From a virus (taxonomy: Duplodnaviria > Caudoviricetes): a stretch of 64,000 bases of DNA. The DNA lies in the IMG/VR virus record IMGVR_UViG_3300001598_000001, positions 32,001 to 96,000 of that record, one strand, 5' to 3'. The notes under the pieces were generated by a model. The model was not told the origin of the DNA, made no database searches, and worked only from the letters and a program-made list of their open reading frames with translations. Position numbers and translations under genes: made by a program. Of this stretch, positions 1 to 9,747 are shown in pieces. Numbering within the stretch: position 1 is the stretch's first letter; each line of letters begins with the position of its first letter.

Positions 1-134
1 GTGGTAGTTTTCTCTTCTTTTTGTTTTAGAAGTTCACCAACCTCTCCTGAATTAAGTAATTTAGCAATTTGTGCTAGAGTTTTTACATCTACATCTTTTT
101 GCATTAATAATTCTTTTAATTCTTCTTTTGTCAT
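1..134 (-). CDS. Hypothetical protein, partial (runs off the left edge)
   Basis: ATG at 134 preceded by AGGAGG; MTKEELKELLMQKDVDVK... stays open to the window edge. Confidence 0.6.
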   Translation of the reverse strand, partial: MTKEELKELLMQKDVDVKTLAQIAKLLNSGEVGELLKQKEEKTT

Positions 135-150
135 ATTTTTCCCTCCTTTA

Positions 151-336
151 TTAATTTTCATCAATTTTAAATTCACCAACACGGTTGCCATTATAATCAA
201 TAATAGCTCCATTGGTACGACCATTTTTAATTTGCTCTACTATGGTTTGTAGAGTTATAGCAACAGCTTCGAGACAAAGGTTTTCATCTTCATCTCTAAA
301 AGCTGCATTACCAGTAGTAAATACTATAGTTACCAT
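151..336 (-). CDS. Small phage hypothetical protein
   Basis: 61-aa ORF, GGAGG RBS, TAA stop, tightly packed in the operon. Confidence 0.75.
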   Translation of the reverse strand: MVTIVFTTGNAAFRDEDENLCLEAVAITLQTIVEQIKNGRTNGAIIDYNGNRVGEFKIDEN

Positions 337-348
337 ATTTATACCTCC

Positions 349-2835
349 TTATCTATTAGCGCATAAAGCACCATATTGTCCTTTAATAGATGTCTCAACA
401 ACACTATTTTTATGAGCCTTAGCCCATCTTAATAAAAATTGTACAATTTCAGGTGTTGGATTACAATTTTGTAAACCATGAACTTGTCTTACAGTCCCGT
501 CATTTAAAATTTCCATAGTAAAATATGGAGTTTCAATATCATTTTTCTTACGAATAAATAATACATTAGTAGTACCATTTGCAATTGGTTCTACGAATCC
601 ACCTACACAATGATGTAATTCAGATCCTTCACGAGTTAAATTTGCAATTGATTTAGGAGGAATAATACAAAGATCTTCTTTTTCATCGATCCATTCCCAA
701 TCTTTAACTCTTTTAAGAGCTTTGTCAAAAGCAGCAGCTTTAGCAGCATCTTGATATCTTGTAATTATATCACTTATATAATCATGCAGATGTTGTAAGT
801 GCTTGTCATCATTTGGTCTAACAAGATAAACTTTAGGATCCCAAAGATCTGGTCTGTTGATTCTTGTTGCTAATAATTCTAAACGCTCTCTCATATTGAG
901 ATAATCATTATAAGTTGTAGGATCGGAGAATTTTACCATGAATTTAATTTTATCTTTTGGAGATAATTTATCCATGATTTCTTTGACCCCTCCACGAGAG
1001 TAATCAGACAAATTATGAGAACCATAATAGTTTCTTCGATTTACCATAGCCTCTCTATTATTTTTAATAAAATTTAATACTAATTGAAACGTATCTAAAT
1101 CTAAACAATTTAGATCTCCAATTATTTTACTTATATTATATAATGGTGGAATAACACTATCATCACTGAAACAATCTCCATCTGGATGATCAATCATTTG
1201 TTTATTAATTGATTCTTGACAAAAATTATTTACTAAACTTAATTGCTTATTAGATAGTAAAAATACTTCTTTCGCATTTTTACCCTTGGAATTAATTGCC
1301 ATTTGTCCATGGTAATCGCCATAATATTTCTTTGTATTGCTTAAGTCTCTTAAACAATCAGCAGAAGTTAAACCTCCTACTAACAATATAGCAGCTAATA
1401 ATCCAATATTGTTGGTTTTAATTAATTGTTCACACACAACATCTTTTTGGGAACATAATAAACTAAATCCAATACTAGACCAGGTATTAGGAGTAATTGC
1501 ATCTTGAATTTTAATCCATTTATTAGAAGATGTACTAACCCAATTACTCGTATCATTATATCTGTAAATATGTTTAGTAATAAATAATACTTCTGGTTTT
1601 TGATCTAATAATAATTTAATATTAGTATTGTCCCAAACTTCATCAAATGATTTTAAATAAGTTATACTATGTGGAATAACATTATCATATTTTTGATGCC
1701 AATTATTATCATTATTGTTTTTAGTGGCAGTAGAAAATAATTTTGTAATAGTTCTTTCACTAGCGACACTACTAGTATAACAACCATGAGGATTTCCAGT
1801 AATTATTTTCTTTTTACCTGTGATGGTATTTAAAAGTAATAAATTCTTTTGATGACTTTGTCCTGATATTTGAGTAATCAAGATATATTCATTTTGTCTA
1901 TCAAAATATAATTCTAATGTACGTTCTGGATATTGAATATTCAAAGAATTAATTAAATTGTCTAAATTAGTTTTTGCAGTTTGACTGCTTTGTGTTACAC
2001 TTGTTCCGTTAGGACAGTATAATAAAGTTAATAGGTCTGTCCAATTGGTAATAACTTCTTTATCAGTTTTTGCAACATAATTGGCACTAATAGTTGGTTT
2101 GTCATATGAACTTAGTTGAAAAAATTCTTTTAACTTTTCTTGAGTTTCTGGAGCAAAATCAAGATCTTTATCATTTTTATCGTATGATTTAACACCAAAA
2201 ACTTTGTTATTGGCCAAGTCTGGAATGTATCCATCATAAACCCCAACATATTTATTACCTTGTTTGCTTTTTACACGATAATATTCTGGAATTTCTTCGA
2301 CATTTTTAACTATAAGAAAAACTTTGTGTCCATTCTGATCTAACTTTTTTAACATTTCAGCATTACGCTGAGAAGTAAGAGATTCATTGTCTCTTAATCT
2401 ATTATAACGACTACCATTTGGAGAAATTACATATCTTACAATATCTCCATTAATATTAGTCATAGTTTTTAAAAAGACAGCAGTACCATCTTTAAAAATG
2501 ACTAAACCACCGCCATAATATCCTGGTCCAGAATAAAGATGAGGATTTTGTTTATAATCTCCGACTCTATTTAGAACCATATAACGCTGTATTTCAATAC
2601 AATTTTCATAAAATATAAAACTACAGCTTGTTAACGTCCAAAATCCTTGTGTTTGATGTATAACAATTGGATTCTTCAAATTTTTACAAACTCTTTGATT
2701 GAAATAGTCTGTACGAGACAAACGGCCAAAAGGTTCTTCGGATTTTTTGCTGCGATCAAACCTGTCTCCTTTACTGGTATAATAAATACCAGATTCTGTT
2801 ACTAAAACAGTGTCTCTTTTTGTAATATCTATCAT
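349..2835 (-). CDS. PcfJ-like domain protein
   Basis: 828 aa. C-terminal LCIIPPKS..LTREGSELHHCVGG..LFIRK..PYFTMEI..VRQVHG matches the PcfJ-like domain pattern. All 11 Trp are TGG. Confidence 0.75.
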   Translation of the reverse strand: MIDITKRDTVLVTESGIYYTSKGDRFDRSKKSEEPFGRLSRTDYFNQRVCKNLKNPIVIHQTQGFWTLTSCSFIFYENCIEIQRYMVLNRVGDYKQNPHLYSGPGYYGGGLVIFKDGTAVFLKTMTNINGDIVRYVISPNGSRYNRLRDNESLTSQRNAEMLKKLDQNGHKVFLIVKNVEEIPEYYRVKSKQGNKYVGVYDGYIPDLANNKVFGVKSYDKNDKDLDFAPETQEKLKEFFQLSSYDKPTISANYVAKTDKEVITNWTDLLTLLYCPNGTSVTQSSQTAKTNLDNLINSLNIQYPERTLELYFDRQNEYILITQISGQSHQKNLLLLNTITGKKKIITGNPHGCYTSSVASERTITKLFSTATKNNNDNNWHQKYDNVIPHSITYLKSFDEVWDNTNIKLLLDQKPEVLFITKHIYRYNDTSNWVSTSSNKWIKIQDAITPNTWSSIGFSLLCSQKDVVCEQLIKTNNIGLLAAILLVGGLTSADCLRDLSNTKKYYGDYHGQMAINSKGKNAKEVFLLSNKQLSLVNNFCQESINKQMIDHPDGDCFSDDSVIPPLYNISKIIGDLNCLDLDTFQLVLNFIKNNREAMVNRRNYYGSHNLSDYSRGGVKEIMDKLSPKDKIKFMVKFSDPTTYNDYLNMRERLELLATRINRPDLWDPKVYLVRPNDDKHLQHLHDYISDIITRYQDAAKAAAFDKALKRVKDWEWIDEKEDLCIIPPKSIANLTREGSELHHCVGGFVEPIANGTTNVLFIRKKNDIETPYFTMEILNDGTVRQVHGLQNCNPTPEIVQFLLRWAKAHKNSVVETSIKGQYGALCANR

Positions 2836-2855
2836 ATTGTTGTTTCCTCCTTATA

Positions 2856-3284
2856 TTATTGGACTCTAGTAAGTCCTCCTCCAAACGCTTGAACGCAAAT
2901 GGTTCCATATTCTGAAAAGTCAGGAACACTTTTATTCCAAACATAAGCATATGGAAAGAATTTTGTTCCATTGGCTTCTAATTTATCATCTACTTCATCT
3001 TCTCTATATTTAGAAACGATGAGTAATGAATAACATTCGCCAAATTCAAATATTTCGTGAGTAGCGGCATATACCATGTCTCCTGTTCTTTCTTCATAAG
3101 CACAAATATAATCTTCTAATTCTTTTTCGCCGTTATCAGCGGTTGCATAATAACCACCGAATCTTTCAAAAAAGGTAATTACACCCTTTTCTTCAAAAGC
3201 TTTAATATATGGTTTATAAATATCCATTTGTTTTAATCTAATTAAAGCTAATGTTTTTTGTTCTTCTTTTGTTAATAATTCCAT
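2856..3284 (-). CDS. Phage hypothetical protein
   Basis: ORF with AGGAGG RBS before MELLTKEEQ. Confidence 0.75.
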   Translation of the reverse strand: MELLTKEEQKTLALIRLKQMDIYKPYIKAFEEKGVITFFERFGGYYATADNGEKELEDYICAYEERTGDMVYAATHEIFEFGECYSLLIVSKYREDEVDDKLEANGTKFFPYAYVWNKSVPDFSEYGTICVQAFGGGLTRVQ

Positions 3285-3435
3285 AATTTTAATTTCCTCC
3301 TTTATGAAATGTAACAAACAACAAATGAACCTAATTGGTTCTTCAATCGTCTGTATAAATAAAACGTTCTTTTTATTCTGGGAACGTTATAGACCAGAGA
3401 ATATTTTTATAGAATATTCAAACTATTGATGAAAA

Positions 3436-4020
3436 TTACCAATCTTCTTCTTCATCATCGTCATAGTCGTCGTAATCATCGTCGTAACAATCATCACAAT
3501 CACAACTACAGGCAGCTCTTTCTTCAAGAATAGCAGTTTTTGCTTTTTCAACTAATAAAGCATCAATTGCTTCTTCTGGTAAAGTAATACCAGTTAATTC
3601 TTCTGGAAGGCAAGCAAGCTCTTCATTGTTAAGAGTGTAAATTTTATTAGTTTCATAACTAATCATTAATTTAACTCCTTCAACTTCAACTTCTTTGGAT
3701 GGTTTAATACCAGCTTCAGTAGTTTTACAAGCAGTTTGAATATAAGACATTGTTTTATAAACATTTCCACCTGTGGCTTTTAAAGCTTCTCTTAAAAGCT
3801 TTTCACAGGCTTTCTTATCACTTTCGGTAACATAACCAAAAGCTAAAGCTTTACATGGTTCACCATCAATAACTGGTGTACAATATCCATATCCATTGCT
3901 TTGAAATTGGATGGTAAATTCAGTTTGATTGAGTTCACCTTCATGTGTGTTGATTTCAACACTAGTTGCAGTTGCAACTGCTTCTTCTGCGTCAACTAAG
4001 ACTTTCTTTTCATTTTCCAT
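3436..4020 (-). CDS. Hypothetical protein with Cys/Asp-rich acidic tail
   Basis: 194 aa, GGAGG RBS, ends CSCDCDDCYDDDYDDYDDDEEEDW. Confidence 0.75.
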   Translation of the reverse strand: MENEKKVLVDAEEAVATATSVEINTHEGELNQTEFTIQFQSNGYGYCTPVIDGEPCKALAFGYVTESDKKACEKLLREALKATGGNVYKTMSYIQTACKTTEAGIKPSKEVEVEGVKLMISYETNKIYTLNNEELACLPEELTGITLPEEAIDALLVEKAKTAILEERAACSCDCDDCYDDDYDDYDDDEEEDW

Positions 4021-4206
4021 ATTAATACCTCCTATATTGTATCAGTTCTTGAAATTATCTCCGCTGCCTGGTCGAATGGATCGCCAGGATTTATTGCCTT
4101 ATTCTATGGTAACTGACATAAACCCATATTAATATTAATTATTTAACGACGCTAATATTAAAACGTCTATATAATAACAGAGATATAATCCCTGGGGTTT
4201 TAATAC

Positions 4207-4389
4207 CTATTGTATTGTAAAACCACTTTTAAGTATATCTACCAACTCCCAAACCATTAGTGTATCTGTTAAAATAGGACTATAGTTTTTACAAAACAAT
4301 CCATCATCCTGTTTAATAAAATCAGTTTGATCGTTGTGATATTTCAATATTGTACCATTTGGTAATGCTTTAATTTCTTCTAATGTCAT
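4207..4389 (-). CDS. Small hypothetical protein
   Basis: 60 aa, AGGAGG RBS. Confidence 0.65.
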   Translation of the reverse strand: MTLEEIKALPNGTILKYHNDQTDFIKQDDGLFCKNYSPILTDTLMVWELVDILKSGFTIQ

Positions 4390-4407
4390 AGCTTTTCCTC
4401 CTTATTT

Positions 4408-5988
4408 TTAATTTAAACTTTGTAAAATTAATTCTATTGGTTCATAATTTTCTGTTGAACCTATCAAAGTAATAATACCATTTTCAATATGATAATTATA
4501 ATTTGTTGTGGATAAAACATCAAAAGTTTGAATTGTTCTATTATTAATTAAAACCAAATCTTCTCCAATAATTTCAGACAATACTTCTTTTTCTCCACCA
4601 CTACAATGATCAATAATATTATAATAAGCTATAATACTATTATTACTGTATACTAATAAAATATCATCACTATGCATAAAACATGAATTAATAGCATAAT
4701 TATGTAAATCAAATGGATATATATCTTTTTGTTGATATACACCTGTAATTATATCAATTGTAGCAAACAATGTAGTAAAGACATTATATCCACTTTGATA
4801 ATGTTTATGTTGATTGGTTAAATAAATTAATCCATTTTCAATTTTATATGGATGTTCATTAACGAATCCATCTTCTAAAAATCTATTTGGAATTTTAAGT
4901 TGATCAAATATGTCGGTAGTAGTTAAATCGCGCATTGTGAAATCTTCTTGCATTAATTTAAAACTATCATATGCGTTTCCGTCCCAGTGACCTAAAATCA
5001 TTTCATGGGTATTAGTCATAAAAGGAATATTAGATACTGAACTAGTATTACAATTCTTTTCTTTTACAAAAACAAAGTGTTTTTCTGTATCTATTCTATC
5101 AATTTTATCATTCCAAATGTAATAGAACCCATATTTATCCTTCCAAATATCATAAACTATAACATTTGGATTTTGAATTACTGGAATGATTTTTAATTCA
5201 TCATTTTCTAAAACAAAATCATAATAACTATTACTATTTGATTGTATTTGAACCAAACCATTATAGATATTATAAATGTGTTCTTTGATTGAATAAATTT
5301 TTCCAGTAGTATTGTTTATCAAATATGATTGTCTAGTGTTATCAGAATAATAATCACATAAATCATATAAATCTATTCCATCATCATTCATTCCTAAACT
5401 ATGTCTTTGACTCATACCCATTGGTACAAATGACATAAATGTAAATTTAGTACCAACATAAAGTTTATCAATTTCAGAACTCAACTCCTCTTGAGTGATT
5501 TCAATTTGATCATCTGGATCAACTCCATTAACATCTCTAGAAATATTTGTAATAGTTTTAGTAAAAGTAATTTCTATTAATTGGTTGTTTTCAATTATTG
5601 GATCATCAGCAGTAATTTCTTCTGTTGATCCTACTAAAACATATCTTGGTAAAATTTCTTCTTCTGGAGTTTCTTCTTCGGATTCACTTTCATTACCCGA
5701 TTCTGGTTCAACTTCTGCACTTAGTTTTTTAATTCCAAGTTGTTTCATACCTGATATATTAGCAGTTAATCCTTCTAGGGTATCCAAGGTTTCGATTGAA
5801 GCATTAGATACTGTAGTTGTATTAGCACTAACATGGTCTTTTATTGTACTAATGGTATTGATAATTGTGGTGGTGTTGCTTGGTGTACAACATACACTTA
5901 TCATACTTAAACCTATTAAAGTACAAATAATTGAGTGTTGCAAAATTTTCTTTGCAATATTTGTGTTTGTATTATTTTTCTTATTCAT
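4408..5988 (-). CDS. Putative secreted or membrane-anchored (lipoprotein-like) protein
   Basis: 526 aa. Basic N-terminus, hydrophobic stretch ending in Cys (LIGLSMISVCC), Thr-rich and acidic linkers, beta-rich body. Confidence 0.6.
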   Translation of the reverse strand: MNKKNNTNTNIAKKILQHSIICTLIGLSMISVCCTPSNTTTIINTISTIKDHVSANTTTVSNASIETLDTLEGLTANISGMKQLGIKKLSAEVEPESGNESESEEETPEEEILPRYVLVGSTEEITADDPIIENNQLIEITFTKTITNISRDVNGVDPDDQIEITQEELSSEIDKLYVGTKFTFMSFVPMGMSQRHSLGMNDDGIDLYDLCDYYSDNTRQSYLINNTTGKIYSIKEHIYNIYNGLVQIQSNSNSYYDFVLENDELKIIPVIQNPNVIVYDIWKDKYGFYYIWNDKIDRIDTEKHFVFVKEKNCNTSSVSNIPFMTNTHEMILGHWDGNAYDSFKLMQEDFTMRDLTTTDIFDQLKIPNRFLEDGFVNEHPYKIENGLIYLTNQHKHYQSGYNVFTTLFATIDIITGVYQQKDIYPFDLHNYAINSCFMHSDDILLVYSNNSIIAYYNIIDHCSGGEKEVLSEIIGEDLVLINNRTIQTFDVLSTTNYNYHIENGIITLIGSTENYEPIELILQSLN

Positions 5989-6059
5989 ATTCTTTCCTCC
6001 TTTTAATTACAATAACAAACAGATTTTAGTTAACGTCGACAATCCTAACCGACACAAGA

Positions 6060-6245
6060 TTACCAACACTTTCTGTTATTCTTAGCTTTTTTCTTAGCTT
6101 TAATTGTTTTATCAAAGTTAATTTTTGCGTAATCTTTTTTACCGTAAGATTTTGCATTTTGTGCGGTTTTGGACCCAGATTTTCTGGTCTTTACAAAACC
6201 ACCAACTTCATAATCTTCATAATCTTCATAATTAAAGTACATCAT
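6060..6245 (-). CDS. Small protein with acidic N-terminus and basic C-terminus
   Basis: 61 aa, GGAGG RBS. Confidence 0.65.
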   Translation of the reverse strand: MMYFNYEDYEDYEVGGFVKTRKSGSKTAQNAKSYGKKDYAKINFDKTIKAKKKAKNNRKCW

Positions 6246-6360
6246 TGTTATTTCCTCCTATAGATGTATATAATTCTTTATATGGTAGAATTACACCACT
6301 TGCTATAACGGGCAGGTCCCAGTGTTGTTTCCAACACTAAAAAATATAATGTATAATAAA

Positions 6361-6690
6361 CTAATTCCAGTAGTCTGCTTCAACAGTTTCATAAAAACCA
6401 CCATCTTTTAACAGCTCTGTTTCTCCATATTCATTAATACGACTCAATGGTAGCATTAATGATTCATCTTCCTCATCATTAGATATAAGAGCAATCGATT
6501 CTCGATCAATATAAAATCTTATAACATCTTCTCCTAAAGTATATCCATTTATTTTATATACTTTGTATAAAAAACGCATAAATGCTTGATCAATTGAAAC
6601 GGCTTGTACTATCATTTCAATATAATAAGCATTTTCATGATAGTCATAATAATAGCCATTATAGCTATATGACTGTAGTTCTTTTTTCAT
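6361..6690 (-). CDS. Hypothetical protein
   Basis: Likely start MKKELQ at 6690 after AAGGAA; TAG stop. Confidence 0.65.
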   Translation of the reverse strand: MKKELQSYSYNGYYYDYHENAYYIEMIVQAVSIDQAFMRFLYKVYKINGYTLGEDVIRFYIDRESIALISNDEEDESLMLPLSRINEYGETELLKDGGFYETVEADYWN

Positions 6691-6701
6691 AGAATTCCTT
6701 T

Positions 6702-6878
6702 CTATTCGACAGGTTTTTCTTTCCATGGAATAAAAAATAAAATATTCTTTATTTCATTAAACAAAAACTTATTGAATTTTTTAAAGTCACCTGTAAACAA
6801 TGTGACTATTTCGATTAATACCAATGCAAATAAAGCATACATACATGCTATTAACCATAGATAGAATAAAGTTTTCAT
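6702..6878 (-). CDS. Small membrane protein (missed by the ORF track)
   Basis: MKTLFYLWLIACMYALFALVLIEIVTLFTG..., 58 aa, AGGAG RBS, fills the gap between neighbours. Confidence 0.55.
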   Translation of the reverse strand: MKTLFYLWLIACMYALFALVLIEIVTLFTGDFKKFNKFLFNEIKNILFFIPWKEKPVE

Positions 6879-6879
6879 T

Positions 6880-7197
6880 TTATTCTCCTTTCTTGTTTAC
6901 GCTTAAAAGCGTATAAATGTCGTGCATTTTGTGAACAGCGTTTTGATAGTGTTGTTCAATTTCTTCTAGTTGCATAATGGCAACATTGATGCCTAGTGTA
7001 GTTAAATCTACATTAAGACATTCAGTTTGTAGGAAATCTGGATGTTCATCTTTTAGTGTAAGACTATTATAATCCTTAATTTCCTTAGATTGTGGGTAAT
7101 TAACCCAGAGTTGAGCTTTTTCTGTGCCAAGTGTATTGGCTTTAATTGAAAAACCAAGCTCTTTTAATTTTTCAATCTTTTCTTTTAAAGTACACAT
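6880..7197 (-). CDS. Hypothetical protein
   Basis: 105 aa, GGAGG RBS. Confidence 0.7.
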   Translation of the reverse strand: MCTLKEKIEKLKELGFSIKANTLGTEKAQLWVNYPQSKEIKDYNSLTLKDEHPDFLQTECLNVDLTTLGINVAIMQLEEIEQHYQNAVHKMHDIYTLLSVNKKGE

Positions 7198-7597
7198 GTT
7201 ATATTTTTCCTCCTTTGTACTTATTGAGCTTTATTCGCTCATTAAAACCCTCAATATATTTTAATTGAAAGTTTTAATGAAGGAATAAATCCTTCATTTA
7301 AGCAATAAAATTATTAACTTCGGAATTATTTTGAAAACTCCAAAAGTTATTATTCCATATTAAATTTACTTCTAAATATTCGTTAGATTTAATTAGTGTT
7401 AAATCGGAGTGATTTTTATTTAAAACAAAATCAATATGGTTTTTGTTTAGCCACTCTATTAAACTTGCTAAACAACTTTCATTAAATACTCCATTAAAAT
7501 GTCTAATTTACATTTTTCATTTCATTAAATGATTCTATTTTATTCTTATCTGGTCTCCGTCTCCACCCGACATAAAAAAAAGAAGGGTTCTCCCCTT

Positions 7598-7780
7598 CTA
7601 TATCTCCTCGACTTCCCCTGTTACCTCTTCTAAGAATTCTGAAAGCAAAAGCATAATCATTCCTTCTTTACTGTATATTTCTTCTGAGTCATATTCTACC
7701 TTCCTTGGTAATTTAAATGTACGACCATAATATGTGACATTTGTAATATAGCGTTTTGATGATGTATTATTATCCTTCAT
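7598..7780 (-). CDS. Small hypothetical protein
   Basis: 60-aa ORF overlapping the upstream stop. Confidence 0.55.
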   Translation of the reverse strand: MKDNNTSSKRYITNVTYYGRTFKLPRKVEYDSEEIYSKEGMIMLLLSEFLEEVTGEVEEI

Positions 7781-8024
7781 AATCTTCCATCTCCGCTATT
7801 TCCATAGCTTCATTATATAACTCTTCAGGTGTAAGAAGAGAATAGTCTTCGTCATGATAAGATCCTATTTCCTCTCCATAAATATAAACTGTTAAATATC
7901 CGAAACGGTCAACAGAGTAAGTTACATCTGGGACATCATCTTCTAAATCAAACTCTGCATTTCTTTGTTGTGCGGTAAGATCAAAGATTTGTTGCTCCCA
8001 AGTTTTTTTCTTTTTTCTGCCCAT
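7770..8024 (-). CDS. Small acidic protein, apparent paralog of 8782..9018
   Basis: 84 aa; shares the Y-x-VD-x-x-G-x-L-x-VY-x-x-G-x-x-(I/L)G pattern. Confidence 0.7.
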   Translation of the reverse strand: MGRKKKKTWEQQIFDLTAQQRNAEFDLEDDVPDVTYSVDRFGYLTVYIYGEEIGSYHDEDYSLLTPEELYNEAMEIAEMEDYEG

Positions 8025-8025
8025 A

Positions 8026-8337
8026 TTATTTGGCCTCTTTTAATTTATCGATAATATGTTTAAGCATACTGTTTTCATCATCGCGTCTCCAACAATAATC
8101 TTGTAAATCGGAAATTTGATTATTTAAACCTTGAATACGACGTTGAGATTCTACCAATGCTGTTTGCTTGGTGGCAAGTTCTTCGACAAGCATTACTATA
8201 AGTTCTCTGTAATGTTGAATAGCAGCATAATCTTGATTGTAATCACTGCCGTTGCAACACTCGTTGCGTTGATATTTAGTGTCATCGTCGTCTATCAAGC
8301 CAAGTTCTTTGGCTAATTCATAATATTCATCATTCAT
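8026..8337 (-). CDS. Coiled-coil hypothetical protein
   Basis: 103 aa, heptad-like C-terminal half. Confidence 0.7.
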   Translation of the reverse strand: MNDEYYELAKELGLIDDDDTKYQRNECCNGSDYNQDYAAIQHYRELIVMLVEELATKQTALVESQRRIQGLNNQISDLQDYCWRRDDENSMLKHIIDKLKEAK

Positions 8338-8338
8338 A

Positions 8339-8686
8339 TTATTTTTCTTCCTCCTGATTAATATATAAAGTTCCTGTTAATTCTTGAGAAGTGTGATGTC
8401 CTTCTTTGACAAGAATGAATTGAGAATAACTTCCGTAGTCGCAAGAAATAACCGAATCACTAAATAAGATGGAACGGGTATAGTGAGACGATGCTTGAAG
8501 TTTTGGATCTAAAATTAATAATGGATTAACGCGGTGAATATTTTCTTCATAAACATAAGAAACTTTTAAAACCGTGTCAACATAATCAACAGATCCCGAA
8601 TACCATGCAACAGTATATTCTTTGAGTTCCGAAGATTCAAAATCTAAAAACTCGACTGATTTAAGTTGAACATTTTTCTCTGCCAT
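8339..8686 (-). CDS. Hypothetical protein
   Basis: 115 aa, AGGAGG RBS. Confidence 0.7.
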   Translation of the reverse strand: MAEKNVQLKSVEFLDFESSELKEYTVAWYSGSVDYVDTVLKVSYVYEENIHRVNPLLILDPKLQASSHYTRSILFSDSVISCDYGSYSQFILVKEGHHTSQELTGTLYINQEEEK

Positions 8687-8781
8687 AAATCGGATAACCT
8701 CCTTTGAGTATTATTTAAAACAAAACGTAATATACATTTATTGAAATAAAATGTAATTACAGTTATATAATATGCTAATTT

Positions 8782-9018
8782 TTAAAATAGAAAAGAATCA
8801 ATAATATCTTCAACCTCTTGTTCTAAATCTTGTTTAGTCATTGAAGCGTATTTTTTCTTTTTAAATGTGCCAAGTAATTTACCATCTAAATAAACATAGA
8901 GTACACCATTTTCATCTACATAGTATTGACCTGGGCCTGTGCTGTCCAAATCAGCAAAACCGCCTGTATTAACATCTTGAGTAGAACAAAGTAGGCGACG
9001 AAGTTGAAATATTAACAT
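8782..9018 (-). CDS. Small protein, apparent paralog of 7770..8024
   Basis: 78 aa, AGGAGG RBS. Confidence 0.7.
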   Translation of the reverse strand: MLIFQLRRLLCSTQDVNTGGFADLDSTGPGQYYVDENGVLYVYLDGKLLGTFKKKKYASMTKQDLEQEVEDIIDSFLF

Positions 9019-9104
9019 AAATAATTATCCTCCTGTATATGTGCTTTGAAACCTATATTTAATTATTTTTTTATTTTTTGAATTATATATAAGTAGTAAT
9101 TATA

Positions 9105-9158
9105 ATATACACGCGCATCGCGTATATGTGTGCGTATATATACGTACGCGCATACGTA
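9105..9158. repeat. Alternating purine-pyrimidine tract
   Basis: 9119-9158 is a perfect 40-bp YR alternation (cgcgtatatgtgtgcgtatatatacgtacgcgcatacgta). Confidence 0.8.
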
Positions 9159-9176
9159 AATGAAAAGTTAATTTAA

Positions 9177-9503
9177 TTAAATATCTGTACTTTGAACATT
9201 TACCAAACTAATACCCAATCTAACTAAATCACGAAAGATTGGATAATCATTTGCATCAACATAATCTATACAACGAATACCGACAGGACTTAAATATGCC
9301 CCTTCGTCTGCATCATAATAAATAAATGTTAAAACAATATAATTTGGTTCTTTGTCAGGATTAAAATGATTACAATTATATTCAATACTTAATCCTTCAC
9401 AAACAGGAAGGGTAACGAATCCTTCCGCATTGTCGCTGATTTTAGTAATATTACAAATACGGAAAGGACCTCTAATTATATCGATAGTAGAACCCGATAT
9501 CAT
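9177..9503 (-). CDS. Hypothetical protein
   Basis: 108-aa ORF within the operon. Confidence 0.7.
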   Translation of the reverse strand: MISGSTIDIIRGPFRICNITKISDNAEGFVTLPVCEGLSIEYNCNHFNPDKEPNYIVLTFIYYDADEGAYLSPVGIRCIDYVDANDYPIFRDLVRLGISLVNVQSTDI

Positions 9504-9505
9504 AA

Positions 9506-9724
9506 TTATTTACCTTCTTTTTTTACGGGATGATCAGCAGGTGCAACAGTTGGTTGAACTTCAACATAAGAATTAACAACTTGTTCAATTTGTGTTAAAG
9601 CATCTAAAGCACCAGCATAATAATCATAATTTTCTTTGGTACAATTACGATTACTAATAGAAGGGTAAATATTATTTCTTAAATTAGAAATAGTTTGTAA
9701 TAAAGTTTCTTTTAATGTGGCCAT
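9506..9724 (-). CDS. Hypothetical protein
   Basis: 72 aa, AGGAG RBS. Confidence 0.7.
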   Translation of the reverse strand: MATLKETLLQTISNLRNNIYPSISNRNCTKENYDYYAGALDALTQIEQVVNSYVEVQPTVAPADHPVKKEGK

Positions 9725-9747
9725 ATGTTTCTTCTCCTTTTATATGT

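Noticed and set aside
7297-7575. Additional early gene on the minus strand
   Set aside because: The open stretch is preceded by an in-frame TAA and has no convincing start or RBS; at most a remnant
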